From Phallusia mammillata (lineage: Eukaryota), in contig OZ281498.1 of assembly GCA_965637545.1 (NCBI GenBank), forward strand, positions 17,546,001-17,610,000: a DNA stretch of 64,000 nucleotides, written 5' to 3'. Made by a program: the position numbers and the translations under genes. Below are positions 1 through 12,591 of the stretch, piece by piece. The notes under the pieces were generated by a model. It worked only from the letters and a program-made list of their open reading frames with translations, made no database searches and was not told the DNA's origin. Each line of letters starts with the position of its first letter. Position 1 is the stretch's first letter.

Positions 1-436
1 GACACTATGTCGAGCGATGACGTGCTAGGTCCGGCGCAGGAGTTAAGGGAACTGGGTGTTCTGGTAAGAAGTGTACTCACAAGATACAAAATTCACCACA
101 AACACAAGGATCCGATCTTACGTGGTATCATTTTGGATGTAAATCTCATTGGAATATTTAGACCCCGCTTTTCCTTAAATAATAAAAACTTTCGCCTTCC
201 TTAAAGTTTGGGCTTTGCTGCCGAAATTATACAGATCAGTAATGGTTTTTGTTTAGACTTTTGCACAATTTGTTCGTCCAACTGATACAGAACAATACAA
301 TATGACTCAATTGTTGGAGATAGCTGGAAATGACAGTCGTATTCTTATCACCAATCAAGACGGTTCATCACTTGGTTCAAGGCCCAGACACATTAAGAAA
401 TATGTGTGTGATGATATATGCCGATTTTATCAATAA
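1..436 (+). CDS. LSV copy 0 (subfamily A): last two exons of the vWA domain, 5' part outside the window
   Basis: Exon 1-63 reads DTMSSDDVLGPAQELRELGVL, followed by gtaag. Exon 257-436 follows tttag and reads TFAQFVRPTDTEQYNMTQLLEIAGNDSRILITNQDGSSLGSRPRHIKKYVCDDICRFYQ*. Both are paralogous to exons 8-9 of the other copies. Confidence 0.85.
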
Positions 437-1094
437 ATTATAGAAAATACTTGTTAAACCAGAATCGAATAGAAGTCTCAATATGTCGTGTCTGATATTT
501 GCACAGACTTAAGCAACGACGTTACAGAAAAGAAAGCAGTTTTGCTTTCTTTGGAGTTGTCACTATTTTCACTCAGACTTATCTTCTGGAGCCTTTACAA
601 TTTCTTGTTCAACACAATATTATTATAAAAGTTCCCGAGGGTCATACTTATATAAAGTAGATCAAGTTAACTATTGCGTATTCGCAAATGGGATTTTCGA
701 AAGGTAATTTATCCTAATTGCTGAAACAAGCAGCTTTTTGTCGTTCGTACATGAAAATCATCCGATTGTTTTGCAGTTTATTTTCTACAAGCATTCATCT
801 CAAGAATATTTCGAGGACAAACTTTCTAAAGCTATGATTTAAATTCGGTAATTAAAGGACTCAAATATAACACTTTAGGCTACTATTTGCACATTATTTT
901 TAAACATAACACTAATTTGGATTAAATTACAGCTTGAAATCGTGTTTGACCCTTATTCGGCCTTCTACATGTCACGCTATATGTAGCCAAAGAATTGCAA
1001 TGCCTACCCTGAGGCGCAATATACGGTGTTTTGGTACAGCTTTGCCAGGCTTAACGACGCCACAGTATAGATATAGTTTAAAATGTGCTGTAGA

Positions 1095-3770
1095 ATGAGA
1101 AAGTTGGTTGGATTGGTTATTATCCTTTCGATTCTGGACTGTACAAGAGGTAAAAAGATAAAACTCAAACTCATGTATGCAGAACCATGATGTGAAGTGT
1201 CGTATAGATTATAAATCGTCAAATATTGATATGAGGTCAACTTTGCTACGAGATTAAACAACCAGTTATAAATTTTATTCAGGTATGCAATGTTGGCGTT
1301 GTGATCAAGCTTCAAACGAAAAAGATTGCAGAATATACGGAAAACCGGTCAGATGTATAGGAGATCAAGTAAGCTACATTACAATTCGTTAAATGATTAG
1401 ATTGATACAAACAACAGTTGTGTTAAAGAATAAACAGTATTCAATAGATTTACTTTTACACAGCAAATGTTTTGGTACGTATTACCATAGCGAAGTAATG
1501 TGAGATAGTAACTGTTGTTGTTGTAGCGCAATTAATCAGGGTGTCAAACTGTTTGTAATTTGGCTTTAGGTTTGGTTCAAGTTTAAAAACAAAATATAGA
1601 GCTCAAATGGTTCGGGTTTTTAGAAAAATGTAAGTTAATGTTCAGTTTATGTTTAATGGATAAATGCAATTTCGTTTGGACTCTCTGCTTTAAATGATTT
1701 GTGATCCAAATTTGTTGCAAAAATCAATGTATGCGGAAACGTGATTTGGAAAGGGTGCAAACAACGAAAAGCATGTATGGATAGTCAGATGCAGGTTAAC
1801 TATATTATACAATAATATATGTAGATATAATTGAATTTGCTGGAAAAGTAATACTGTAAATCATGCGAGAATGATTATATTTGTTCTATTTTGCCAAATT
1901 TGAGCAAATTCTAAGCTTTTTTCCGGTTTAGTATCAAATGTCATACTTCATTTGTCAATCTAAAAAGGCAATAAAAGCACAGTGTTATAAACTATGTAGT
2001 GAGAAACCATCAAAAATCACACACAACTAAGAAGTCGTGTTTTTAAACTCGATGTAAATGTACATGCAAAAATGGTTTGTATTTTGATTTCTGCGTATTT
2101 CACAGAACTTTTGGGGTGGTCAAAAACCTCAGCATCAATGCAATACAGATCAAAGCTCGTCCATTTGCACTTGCTGCTGCAAAACTTTGATGTGCAACAA
2201 ACACATTACATGTCAAGGTGAAACCTATGATAAAGCAAGCTGTAAAAACAAATTGTAAGTTATAGTTTTCATTTCTTGCGTTTTCAACTATAGTCAGTTA
2301 ACGGTAAAATGTTTTTGCAGCAAAGAAAAAATGTCCAGTTATTTCTGGCAACTTCAAGAACGGTAAAGTCACTTGTAGTAACAGCAACAACGTTGGTTCA
2401 GTTTGTAAGTTTTCTTGCACCAGTGATGGTTATTTCATCCAACCTACACCAGAAGCTGGGACATCTCGATGTCTTCCTAACGGACAGTGGAGTCAACCCA
2501 CACAGAGCTGTGCAAGTTAGTCACAAACCTTGGTATTCAATTATTAGGCAACAATAACTACTGTTTTCCAGGACCCTGTCCTCCATTTGTTCCAGTGGAT
2601 TCAATGGCTTTGGTGCATGCAAGCGACGAAGCTACATTTCAAAGATTGGCAGATAACGTATTGAAGTAAATACTCATGTAATAGCTGATATTTATTAAAC
2701 TCTTTTAGACCTGTTTTAACACGGTCATATATCAATCCAAATATAACCGCCAATCGCCATCAAATGTGTTACTAATTAAAACATTTTAAAGTACAAAGTT
2801 TTTAGGACTTATCACATTGGTCCTGATTCAATGAGAATTGCACGCATTCCATTCAGTGGAAGGGTACACACAGAAAATGCTGTTACTTTTGACGATAATG
2901 CTTGCGACAGCAACAAAACTGCGTTTATGGAACTTATACAGAAGCAGAAATTTGCGAAAACCGGTAATCGTTGTTCAAATGTAGTATGAAACCTTTCTAC
3001 ATTCATGCAAAATATACGTTTTTTGGTTTCAAAACACCAAAAATATATAGAAGTTAAATAAATTTAAATCTAGTGGCCCAAAGTTTATCAACTAGCTGTG
3101 TGTTTCTCAACAAATTAACGCCAAATACACATAATTTACCATAAAAAGTACCAGTTTACCAATAGTTAGATTTGATTAGTATGAAAGATTAGTATAAATA
3201 CGAACTGTAAACGATGTATCTTACATTTTACCGTTTTCCAGATGACGGACTTGTAAACATTGGTGCAGCATTAAGGTATGCTCTGGACGTTTTGAAAAAT
3301 CCCAAGCGTCTTCCTAGTGATCACCTGGATGTTGTTATTGTTGCCACCGACTCCGCGTCTAGTGATGACGTTTTAGGTCCAGCGCAAGAATTGCGAGAAT
3401 CTGGTGTTTTGGTAAGAAACAATTAAAATTATTAAAATACCAATTCACTATACTCGCATAAATAAACTCAAAATTATAAGTAAACTGACAATGTTTGGAT
3501 ACAAGAACAACGGATAAAACATGATTCGATTTCTGATGTGTAGATAGTAGCTTGTATTGTTCACATGTAGTTTAAAGACTTTTGGCGTTTCAGACGTTTG
3601 CACGTTTTGTTCGTCCAACAAACAAGGAATCTTACAACATGACGGAGCTTATGGAAATCGCAGGAAACGAAGATCGGATCACAATCAACAATTTAGGCAA
3701 GCCACCTCAAAAGCGTGGAATCAGTTTTATGCAATCTTATGTGTGTAACAATATTTGTAAATTTTACTGA
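1095..3770 (+). pseudogene. LSV copy 1 (subfamily A): secreted Ly6/uPAR-sushi-vWA gene, disabled
   Basis: Exons 1095-1149 (signal MRKLVGLVIILSILDCTRG), 1283-1368, exon 3 broken (about 1464-1497 and 1735-1794 with ~235 nt between), 2106-2217, 2321-2515 (sushi), 2572-about 2677, 2806-2963, 3242-3411, 3594-3770. In-frame TAA at 2667-2669 where copies 2-6 have TCA/TCT (Ser). Confidence 0.85.
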
Positions 3771-4927
3771 GATTGCACAAGAGTAATTACGACATTGGTA
3801 ACCTTATTTGAATTGCGGCAAAAGGAAACAATGTAGTTTTTTCACGTTGCCTTGCTGTTTGGGATCGGTAAGATGTTTCCAGGGACTTTGTGGGGGGCGA
3901 ACATTTTTAGGCATTTTAAACAACAGTATAACCATTTGGACAAGCTTAGTTGCGTTTTATCCTCCAAAACCTGTCGTATTGTTGTAATCCCTGGTCCAGC
4001 ACAGAAGCTTTATTAGGATTGAAATGTCAAGAAAACGTTAAACAACGTCTGCACGTTGTTTGGGTTTGCGTCTCTGCCGGCATAGAAAACCCACAGTGCT
4101 TTCTGTGTGTGGACAAGTTTATTCTAACGTTAACATAAAACCTAGAAGGAAAAAAATATTTTAATACTTATCTTCCCAGCTGTCCGTTCGGCAGCTCTGG
4201 TTTGATAAGTAGAAAAACATAAAAAAAAGGTTTTTCTGGTAGACCATGTTTTTATGTTACCCGTTTCGTTTTCACATCTTTTTAAATCCAAAAATGATAA
4301 GGAACTAGGAAAAGGCACAGATAGAGGAAAGTGTTGTATCCGATGAAAAATACGCCGATTTGGGAATATTTACATTGGCTGCAAGCGAATAAAAAATACT
4401 CAGAAAATGTTTACATTACAGTAGTGTGGGCTGAAAATGCCTTGCCAAATCTGTTCGATGCCACAACAAGGCATAAACCAAAAAAGAACTGGAAACCAAA
4501 GTGATGTTGGCTTATTGTTAAATATCAATCTAGATAACTGAAGCCATCACATTACATTTTTAACCTTTTTTGATACAAATATTTTAAGATTGTTCATGCG
4601 TTTCTATTATCAGACATGGTTACTAAAATCATATTGCCAATCTTAAAAGTTTTATCTTTTGATGAATATGATTCGACTTATACCCGGCAAAGTGGCAGAA
4701 AAAGTCTATGTTTTTAAGCTTTGTTTGTTTTCCTAAAGATCTTGGCTGCTGAGCAATATTCAGATCACGCAAACTCTTGTATGACACCATGCTCTGTAAG
4801 AGATAAACCGATTGTCAAATGTACACAAGCTGGGGGCAAGCCAGGCTTTGACGTAATCGCTTTGCAGAACGATAAGTGGTTGTTGGGTCACTTTTTAACG
4901 AGTTTTAGCATCCACTCAATAGTAATG

Positions 4928-5030
4928 TTTTCTCCGGGTTCGAACACAGGAAGCTTTCAAAGATGAATTCTGAATAGATTTTTATGTCTGCATATGGGTC
5001 AGGTGCGCATGGACAATTCGGTCAAGTTCT
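4928..5030 (-). mobile_element. tRNA-derived SINE-like repeat, diverged copy
   Basis: Minus strand aacttgaccgaattgtccatgcgcacctgacccat...cctgtgttcgaacccgg aligns with 46930-47023. Confidence 0.5.
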
Positions 5031-6929
5031 AACCACAATAATTTATTCTCCTTGCGTCCTCCAGAAACAGATTTCTTAGCTTTTTACGAGCAGATGTCGG
5101 TAAGATCCACCACCCTAGTAGTAGTTGAAATTATAATGTAGCATAGGAATCTTTTAAGTAAATAAAAAGTTCTTTTCTTTTAAGTAATAACAATAAAGTA
5201 GCGCTTTCGTTTAAAATACGGAAAAAGATACCATTCATAAGTTTAATGGTGAAAATAACGGCCCAAATAGACGTAAAAAGCGACATGCTTTATTGTTCAA
5301 ACGTTTCGGCAAATGCTCATGCCATCATCAGTGATATATCAAGATATGAAAATATTAAGGGTGATAACTTTTGCACTATGTTGGTTTATTGAGCTTATAC
5401 CTGGGATTGACTCACGAAGGGATTTTATTCTGGATTATATCAGTAAGGACTTGATTATGTACAAAGCGTTCGGCGTCCCAAGGAAAACCACTTCGCGAGT
5501 CAATGCCGACCTTACTTAAGCCTTGTGGTGCAAATTTGTCCCAAGTTTAAACGCAATGAACCAAAATAATGCAAAAAATATCACCCTTAGCATACTTTCA
5601 AGAAAGACCGAATGCCAAAGGAATTACTTCGACAACAAAGTTTGACACAACCTTAACGAGTTTTAAATATATTAGTTGCAACAATTTGCTTTTGTTCTGC
5701 GTACACCTTCATTATAAAACGGAATAATGTTGTAGGTTTAAAATACACCAAGTATAATTATCACAGACTTTCCTGTTTGCTGGATTTCTTCGCTCTTCAT
5801 GAGCTACGGCAAAGGTTCGTAAGTCTTTTTGTGGTTTAACATATGTTTTGCATCACAACAACTCTGAGGCAGTTCAAAATTTTGGCAATTGCCTGAGGTG
5901 ATGAGCGTAAAAGTAAAGATTTTTAATTTAATCTGCAATCGACAATTATTGTCCGAAAAAACGTCCTAAAGTGTATATGTTGTACAGCTAATGACAGATT
6001 TCATTTTTTCAGCATTGTTTACAAACATTTTGCATTTACGGAAACGGTTTTTGCGTTTAGAATCGTAAGTATTTAGTTTGCACTACAACATCGCATGACG
6101 TAGGTCTTCATTTTTCGAAAAACCGTTTTCCCACTACTTTAATTGATAAGAGTGAGTTAGATAGCAGCATAACTAACTGCACAACTACAAAAGAGTGAAC
6201 GAGCAGCAAGAAAACATTAATTGTGTTTTGAGAACTATATAAATAGTGTAAGCGGAATAATGTCTCTCAATTTAGTATTTTGTTATTCACATACCTTTCG
6301 GGCATTGCGACATTTTATTAAGCCAACACAATACAAAGTAAACAAACATTTTTAACTGAAATATTGAACTGAAGTCCCATTATACCACTTATTCGTTTAG
6401 GAATCTTTTTTGAAATCCATACCTTCAGCTGTTCAATGAGATATTTTAGAAAGTTTTTTCGCATAATAATTTTCGATTGCAGATCAAATTGGAAGTCATT
6501 TCTTCGACACTCCTTCACCTCATGCAAATGTAACATTTTAAACTGCCTGAGGGTTGTTGTTATGTTAAACACCATTTAAGCTTATCATCCTAAAACCAGG
6601 CAAAACTTTGCTGCAGTCATTAACATACAATTCCAAAAACGCAGTTCTTAACGATTCTTTTTTTCGGAAACTGGTCCATTTCTCATTTGAACAAAGCAAA
6701 AAATATTATCGCGTACTTTCGTTTCAAACTCTGTTAAACAAGCTTTTCAACTCCGGCTTTGCACCAATAAAAAACATCGAAATTTTAAATCTTTGCTCAT
6801 TATCTTCGTTTCTAAAACAACAAAACAATTTTACCACTCAATGAAACACCCCGTGTTTAAAAAATAACGAATTACTTTTGTTCCACTTTTGTTATGTTGT
6901 TTATTTGCCGAAACGATAATTTTCCAAGT

Positions 6930-9330
6930 TTATTGATACCGACATATATCATTGCACACGTATGTTTGTACAAGGTCGGAGCTTGAAATGGATCTAGAAG
7001 GTCCCAAATCAGTAATAAACACTCGCTCCTCGTCTCCAGCAATCTCTAGAAGTTGGGTCATGTTAAATTCCTTTGTGTTAGTATCCCCGACGAATCGAGC
7101 AAAGGTCTAGAAACGTACAGGAAAAAATAAAAACCCATGCAAAATTCTTATGTTTAGCTTTGAATTTTTTCTCAAGTAAGCCACTTGCAACAAAGAAATG
7201 TAGGGCTTACCAAAACCCCTAAGTCTCGCAAGGCCTGCGCGGTTTCTAACACTTCATCATCAGATTGGGCGTCGCTTGTAACGATAACAACATCGAGATG
7301 GTGTTTACGAAGTCGTATGTCCGTATTAAAAACGCTGAGAGCGTAGTTAAGCGCGGCACCGATGTTAACCAGACCATCTTCTGAAAAAAAAACAGAGTCG
7401 TTCCACAAAAACCTTATCCAATAAAACTTTACATATGCGTCAGTGGGTATGAGAGCATGTATATTTTTTAAAGCTATACTCAAAGAGGCGGTTGGGCCAA
7501 CAATCTAAAAAAATACAGGTTGATGTTATGGAAAGATAATTTTCCTAACTTATATATTGTACATGGACGTATTTATCCGTCTTTACCAGTTTGTGCAAAT
7601 TTTTGCCCCTTAACAAGTTCGAAAAAGTACGAGCTGTTGATGTTAATATTTGTGTCTTCGAATGTAATTGCATCCTCAAGATGAACTCTGCCGCTAAAAG
7701 GAATGCGTGCTATCCTCATCGAATCCAATCCCATGTGGTACGTCCTACATGTGGTTTTTAAGTTTAGATGAACTATCGCTAGCAGTAGCTAAGCTTATAA
7801 GTGCAATTGTTATTGTTTTAGCAGAGTGTTTGAAAAAACTAATTGCTCAAAAAAACAGAGATAATTATTTTTTCTAATTAGTAAAAATTTAAGGCAGTTA
7901 TACATTGCCATGTAAAACCTTGTTGTATTCTCACCCGATTGAAGATTTTGCGAGTTTATTAGTCATCGTTTGCCATGTTTCCGCATCACTTGTATGTACC
8001 ATGACCATGTAGTCGATTGGAACGTATGGTGGACAGGGCCCTAAACAAAAATGTCAAAGTTTGTAAAATATTTACCTAAAAAAATAGTTGCTTTCACTTA
8101 CTTGCGCAGCACTGCTTTGGTTGACTCCACTGTCTGTTACGAAGACATCGAGATATCCCAGCTTCTGGTGTGGGTTGAATCGAGAATCCATCGCTGGTGC
8201 AAGTAAACTCACAAACTGAACCAGGATTGTTGCCATCACTGCATTTCACTTCACCATTGGAGAAAGCAGTCGATACTGGTGGGCATTGTGCATTGGCTGA
8301 AAAATGGATTTGGTTTGGCATTTAGCTACGTTTTTGTAACAAAACAAATAATTATTTCGTGATTTTCTAGAATATTATAGAATTGTCAATGGCTTGTAGT
8401 AAATATCACCTGCACACATGTTGTTTTCGTTGCACATGGTGGTTTCACAGCAGCAAGTACAAAGAGAAGAGGTACGGTCACTATTGCATTGCTGCTGATG
8501 AGCCCGACCATCAAGAAAGTTCTATGGAAACCAACAATCAAATAATTGTCTTTCTAGCTTGAAGTAACACTTTCTCTATTAACATACTAACAGTGATATT
8601 TGAAGAACAGTTTTGAAAGTTTACGTTCTAACATACCTGCATTTCGCCGGATTTACAAGCAGTCCTCTGTTTGCACCCTTTCCATAATAAATTTTCCGAG
8701 TCTATGCGTCTTACTACGGTCGAACAAATGTCCTAGAAAAGAATTTCACTTCAAATTAAATTTAGTAGTACTAAGACGCGTTGTCGTGACTTTTTGGAGA
8801 ATTGCAGTCACAGTTTTTGTTTACTGGACTTAATTTCAGTTTAGTTGAATTTGTTCCGAAAGTGACTCGAGTATCATTGTTTCAATGGACTAACATAGTC
8901 TCATAAAATAACTGCAGTTTTACCAAATGTTTTTTTTTCTAAAATTAAATTAACTTACTTGTAGTAAATCGTTAAAAAATCTGTCTAAAACTGAAATACC
9001 TGTGATCCAATGCATTTTACCGCCTGGCCAAACAATTTACATTCCTCCAAACTTGTTGCTTGGTCACATTGCCAACATTGTAAACCTATGGAATTAAAAA
9101 AAAAACAAAAATTATCAAAAATGTTCGCTTTGTTCGCCTTGAGAAGACTGACGATCTCAATTGCCGTAACCACTATTTTTAGTCCTATAGGACTACATTT
9201 GCGTCATGCACTAAAACCTTCCTTAGCAACTAATTTGCGTTTTTTTTACATTTTGAAATATTGTTTGTGTTATATCTTGTGAGACTTGCAAAATTCCAAC
9301 AAAAACTAAAATTGCTGTGCAAGTTTTCAT
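6930..9330 (-). CDS. LSV copy 2 (subfamily B): all 9 exons open, but intron 1 donor reads AT instead of GT; possible pseudogene
   Basis: Exons 9330-9276 (MKTCTAILVFVGILQVSQG), 9085-9000, 8732-8637, 8521-8410, 8296-8102, 8040-7935, 7744-7587, 7380-7211, 7106-6930. Phases are consistent with no stops. The donor after exon 1 is ATATAA, against GTATAA in copy 3. Confidence 0.8.
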
Positions 9331-9930
9331 ATTTTCCTCCCTTTTCACAGTTTCAGAGTAAAGAGTTATTTTCTATTACCATGGCCGCACTCTACATATA
9401 TTTTATATACACCGCTGATGTTAGAATGCCCTTCGGCAAGGTGAGTAGGTCTAGTAATAGGTTTTTGTTTGTTGTCATGAACTACATTTCTATATAGTTG
9501 TAACCAATCTCGGCACGAGGCATTTGCCAACTTGGCAATGCAGAATTGCCTCCAGGGAATTATTCATTTATACTTTAAAGTGTAAACCAGACGCCAAACA
9601 TATCAATCACATTGAATTTATTATTGTCGATAATATCTGCAAAGTATTGAAACGCATGTTGTCAGGTATGTGTTGTTTTTAGGTCTAAAAATGAAAAAAA
9701 ATAACTGATTAAAAAAATAATAATAATCATAAATTTTTCGTGCCGTGATTCGTGCCGTGATTGGTTACAACTATATAGAAATGTAGCATATGAAAATAAA
9801 TAAAAACATAACACTATACCTACTGACCTTGCCCAAGGGCCTTCCAACGCCAGCGGTTAAATATATGACATATGCGGACTGTGGTGATGGTGATAGTAAA
9901 TACTCTGATACTTTAAACAGGGAGAAAAAT

Positions 9931-12591
9931 ATGACTTGCACAGCAATTTTAGTTTTTGTTGGAATTTTGCAAGTCTCACAAGGTATAACACAAACAATAT
10001 TTTACAATGTAAAACAGTGCAAATTTAAGTTGCTAGGGAAGGTTTTAGTGCATGACGCAAATGTAGTCCTAAAAATAGTGGTTACGGCAATTGAGATTGT
10101 TGGTCTACATTTTTCTTCTCAAGGCGAACAAACCGTGCAATTTTTGTTTAATTTTAGTTTATTTCTTATTCCATAGGTTTACAATGCTGGCAATGTGACC
10201 AAGCAACAAGTTTGGAGGAATGTAAACTGACTGGCCAGGCGGTAAAATGCATTGGGTCACAGGTATTTCAGTTTTAGACAGATTTTTTATTTACCACATA
10301 ATTTAATCTCAGAAAAGAAACATTTAGTGAAACTGCAGTTAGTTGATGATACTATGTTGGTCCGTTAAAACAACGGTTTACTCGATTCACTTCCCGAGCA
10401 AAATCAACTAAACTTGAATTAAGTCCAGTAAAAAAAAATGGACTTTAGTTTTCCAAAAAGTCATTGCAGCACTGACATTATTACAGCAACAGTACATTAA
10501 CCACGCGTTTTAGTACGACTAAATTTAATTTGAAGTGAAATTCTTTTCCAGGACATTTGTTCGACCGTCGTAAGACGCAAAGACTCGGAAAATATAATAT
10601 GGAAAGGTTGCAAACAGAGGACAGCTTGTAAATCTGATGAAATGCAGGTATGTTAAAACGTAAACATTTAAAACCGTTCTTTAAATATCACTGTTAGTAT
10701 GTTTAGTGTTACCTCAAAGCTAGAAAATACATTATTTGATTGTTGGTTTCCATTGAACTTTCTAGATGGTCGGGCTCGTCAGCATCAATGTAACAATGAC
10801 CGTAGCTCTTCTCTTTGCACTTGCTGCTGTGAAACCTCCATGTGCAACGAAAATAACATGTGTGCAGGTGATATTCACTCCAAATCATTGACAATCATAT
10901 TCTATTCCAAAAAAAATCACGACAAAATCCTTTGTTTTGTTATGAAACGTAGCTAAATTCCAAACCAAATCCATTTTTCAGCCAATGCACAATGCCCACC
11001 AGTACCGACGGCTTTTTCCAATGGTGAAGTAAAATGCAGTAATTTCAACAATCCTGGTTCAGTTTGTGAGTTTACTTGTACCAGTGATGGATTCTCGATC
11101 CAACCCACACCACAAGCTGGGACATCTCGATGTCTTCGTAACGGACAGTGGAGTCAACCAAAGCAGTGTTGCGCAAGTTAGTAGACATATGAGTTGTTAT
11201 AGTTCAATTTTTTAACAATATTGACGTTTTTGTTTAGGGCCCTGCCCACCATACATTCCAATCGACTACATGGTTATGGTACATGCAAGTGACGCCGAAA
11301 TGTGGCAATCTATAACCAATAAAGTGGCAAAATCTTCAATCCGGTGAGAATACAACAATGTTATTACTATGTCTAACTGCCTTAAATTTTTGTTAATCAG
11401 AAAGAAAGAAAAATACACCTTGTTTTTTGAGCAATTGGTCTTTTCTTTTTAGAATAAGCTTAAACAGTAACAATTGCACGTATAGTTACTGCTAGCGATA
11501 GTTCATGAGTATAATTGTTTTTAGTATGACCAAAATACTAAATTAAATACTGCCATGCAGGACGTACAAGATGGGTTTGGACTCAATGAGAATGGCACGC
11601 ATTCCTTTTAGCGGCAGAGTTTATCTTGAGGACTCAATTACATTCGAAGACACACATCTCGACATCAACAGCTCGTCCTTTTTCGAACTTGTTAAGGAGC
11701 AAAAATTTGCACAAACTGGTAAAGATGGATCTATACGTCGATTTATACTAAGTTAGGAAAATCATCTTTCCATAACATCAACCTGTGACAATTATTAGAT
11801 TATTTGCCCAACCGTCTCTTTAAGGACAGCTTTCAAAAAAAGCTCTACAGGAAAAGAGTAAGTCAGTCTCACACTATTCCATGCAGCACAACAACAAAAT
11901 TCTGCAGTGCAAATGAATAAGGGACAGTAGGTATTTTGGTACTCGCTGACTATAGGGATTTGAACAGGCTTTTATGGCCACTGACGCATATGTAAAGTTT
12001 CATTGGATGGGATTATTGTTGAACTAATCTGTATTTTTTAGAGAATGGTCAGGTTAACATCGGTGCCGCGCTTAAATACGCTCTCAGTGTTTTTAATGTG
12101 GACGTACGACATCGTAAACACCATCTCGATGTTGTTATCGTTACAAGCGACGCCCAATCGGATGATGAAGTGTTAGAAACTGCTCAAGCCTTGCGAGACT
12201 TGGGGGTTTTGGTAAGCCCTACATTCCCTTGTTATAAGTGGTTTGCTTGGAAAAAATTAGAAGCCAAACTTATGAATTTTGCATTGGTTTTTATTTTTTT
12301 CTGTACGTTTTCTAGACCTTTACTCGGTTCGTCGGGGATACCAACACGAAGGATTTTAACATGACCCAACTTCTGGAGATTGCCGGAGACGAGGAGCGAG
12401 TGTTTATTACAGACTTGGGACTGGATCCATTTCAAGCTCCGAACTTGTACAAACATACGTGTGCAATGATATATGTCGGTATCATTAAACTTGGAAAATT
12501 ATCGTTTGGGCAAAATAAACAACATAAGAAGGGTGAAACAAAAGTGATTTGTTGTTGTTTTAAACTCGGGGTAGTCTTTATTGAGTGGTAA
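9931..12591 (+). pseudogene. LSV copy 3 (subfamily B): exon 4 acceptor mutated and last exon frameshifted
   Basis: Exons 9931-9982, 10177-10262, 10552-10647, 10756-10867 (acceptor cattg, against catag in copies 2 and 4), 10982-11176, 11238-11343, 11561-11718, 12042-12211, 12316-12591. A 4-nt deletion near 12421 (ggaccttctagatcc > ggactggatcc) shifts the frame and removes the terminal VCNDIC. Confidence 0.8.

Noticed and set aside
5690-5822. Further LSV exon 8 relic
   Set aside because: The flank is paralogous to 20.9-21.0 kb, but the exon sequence is too decayed to call.
9790-10176. 128-aa ORF and similar single-exon ORFs overlapping LSV exons
   Set aside because: They are intron read-through around real exons; splice signals and paralogs define the true boundaries.
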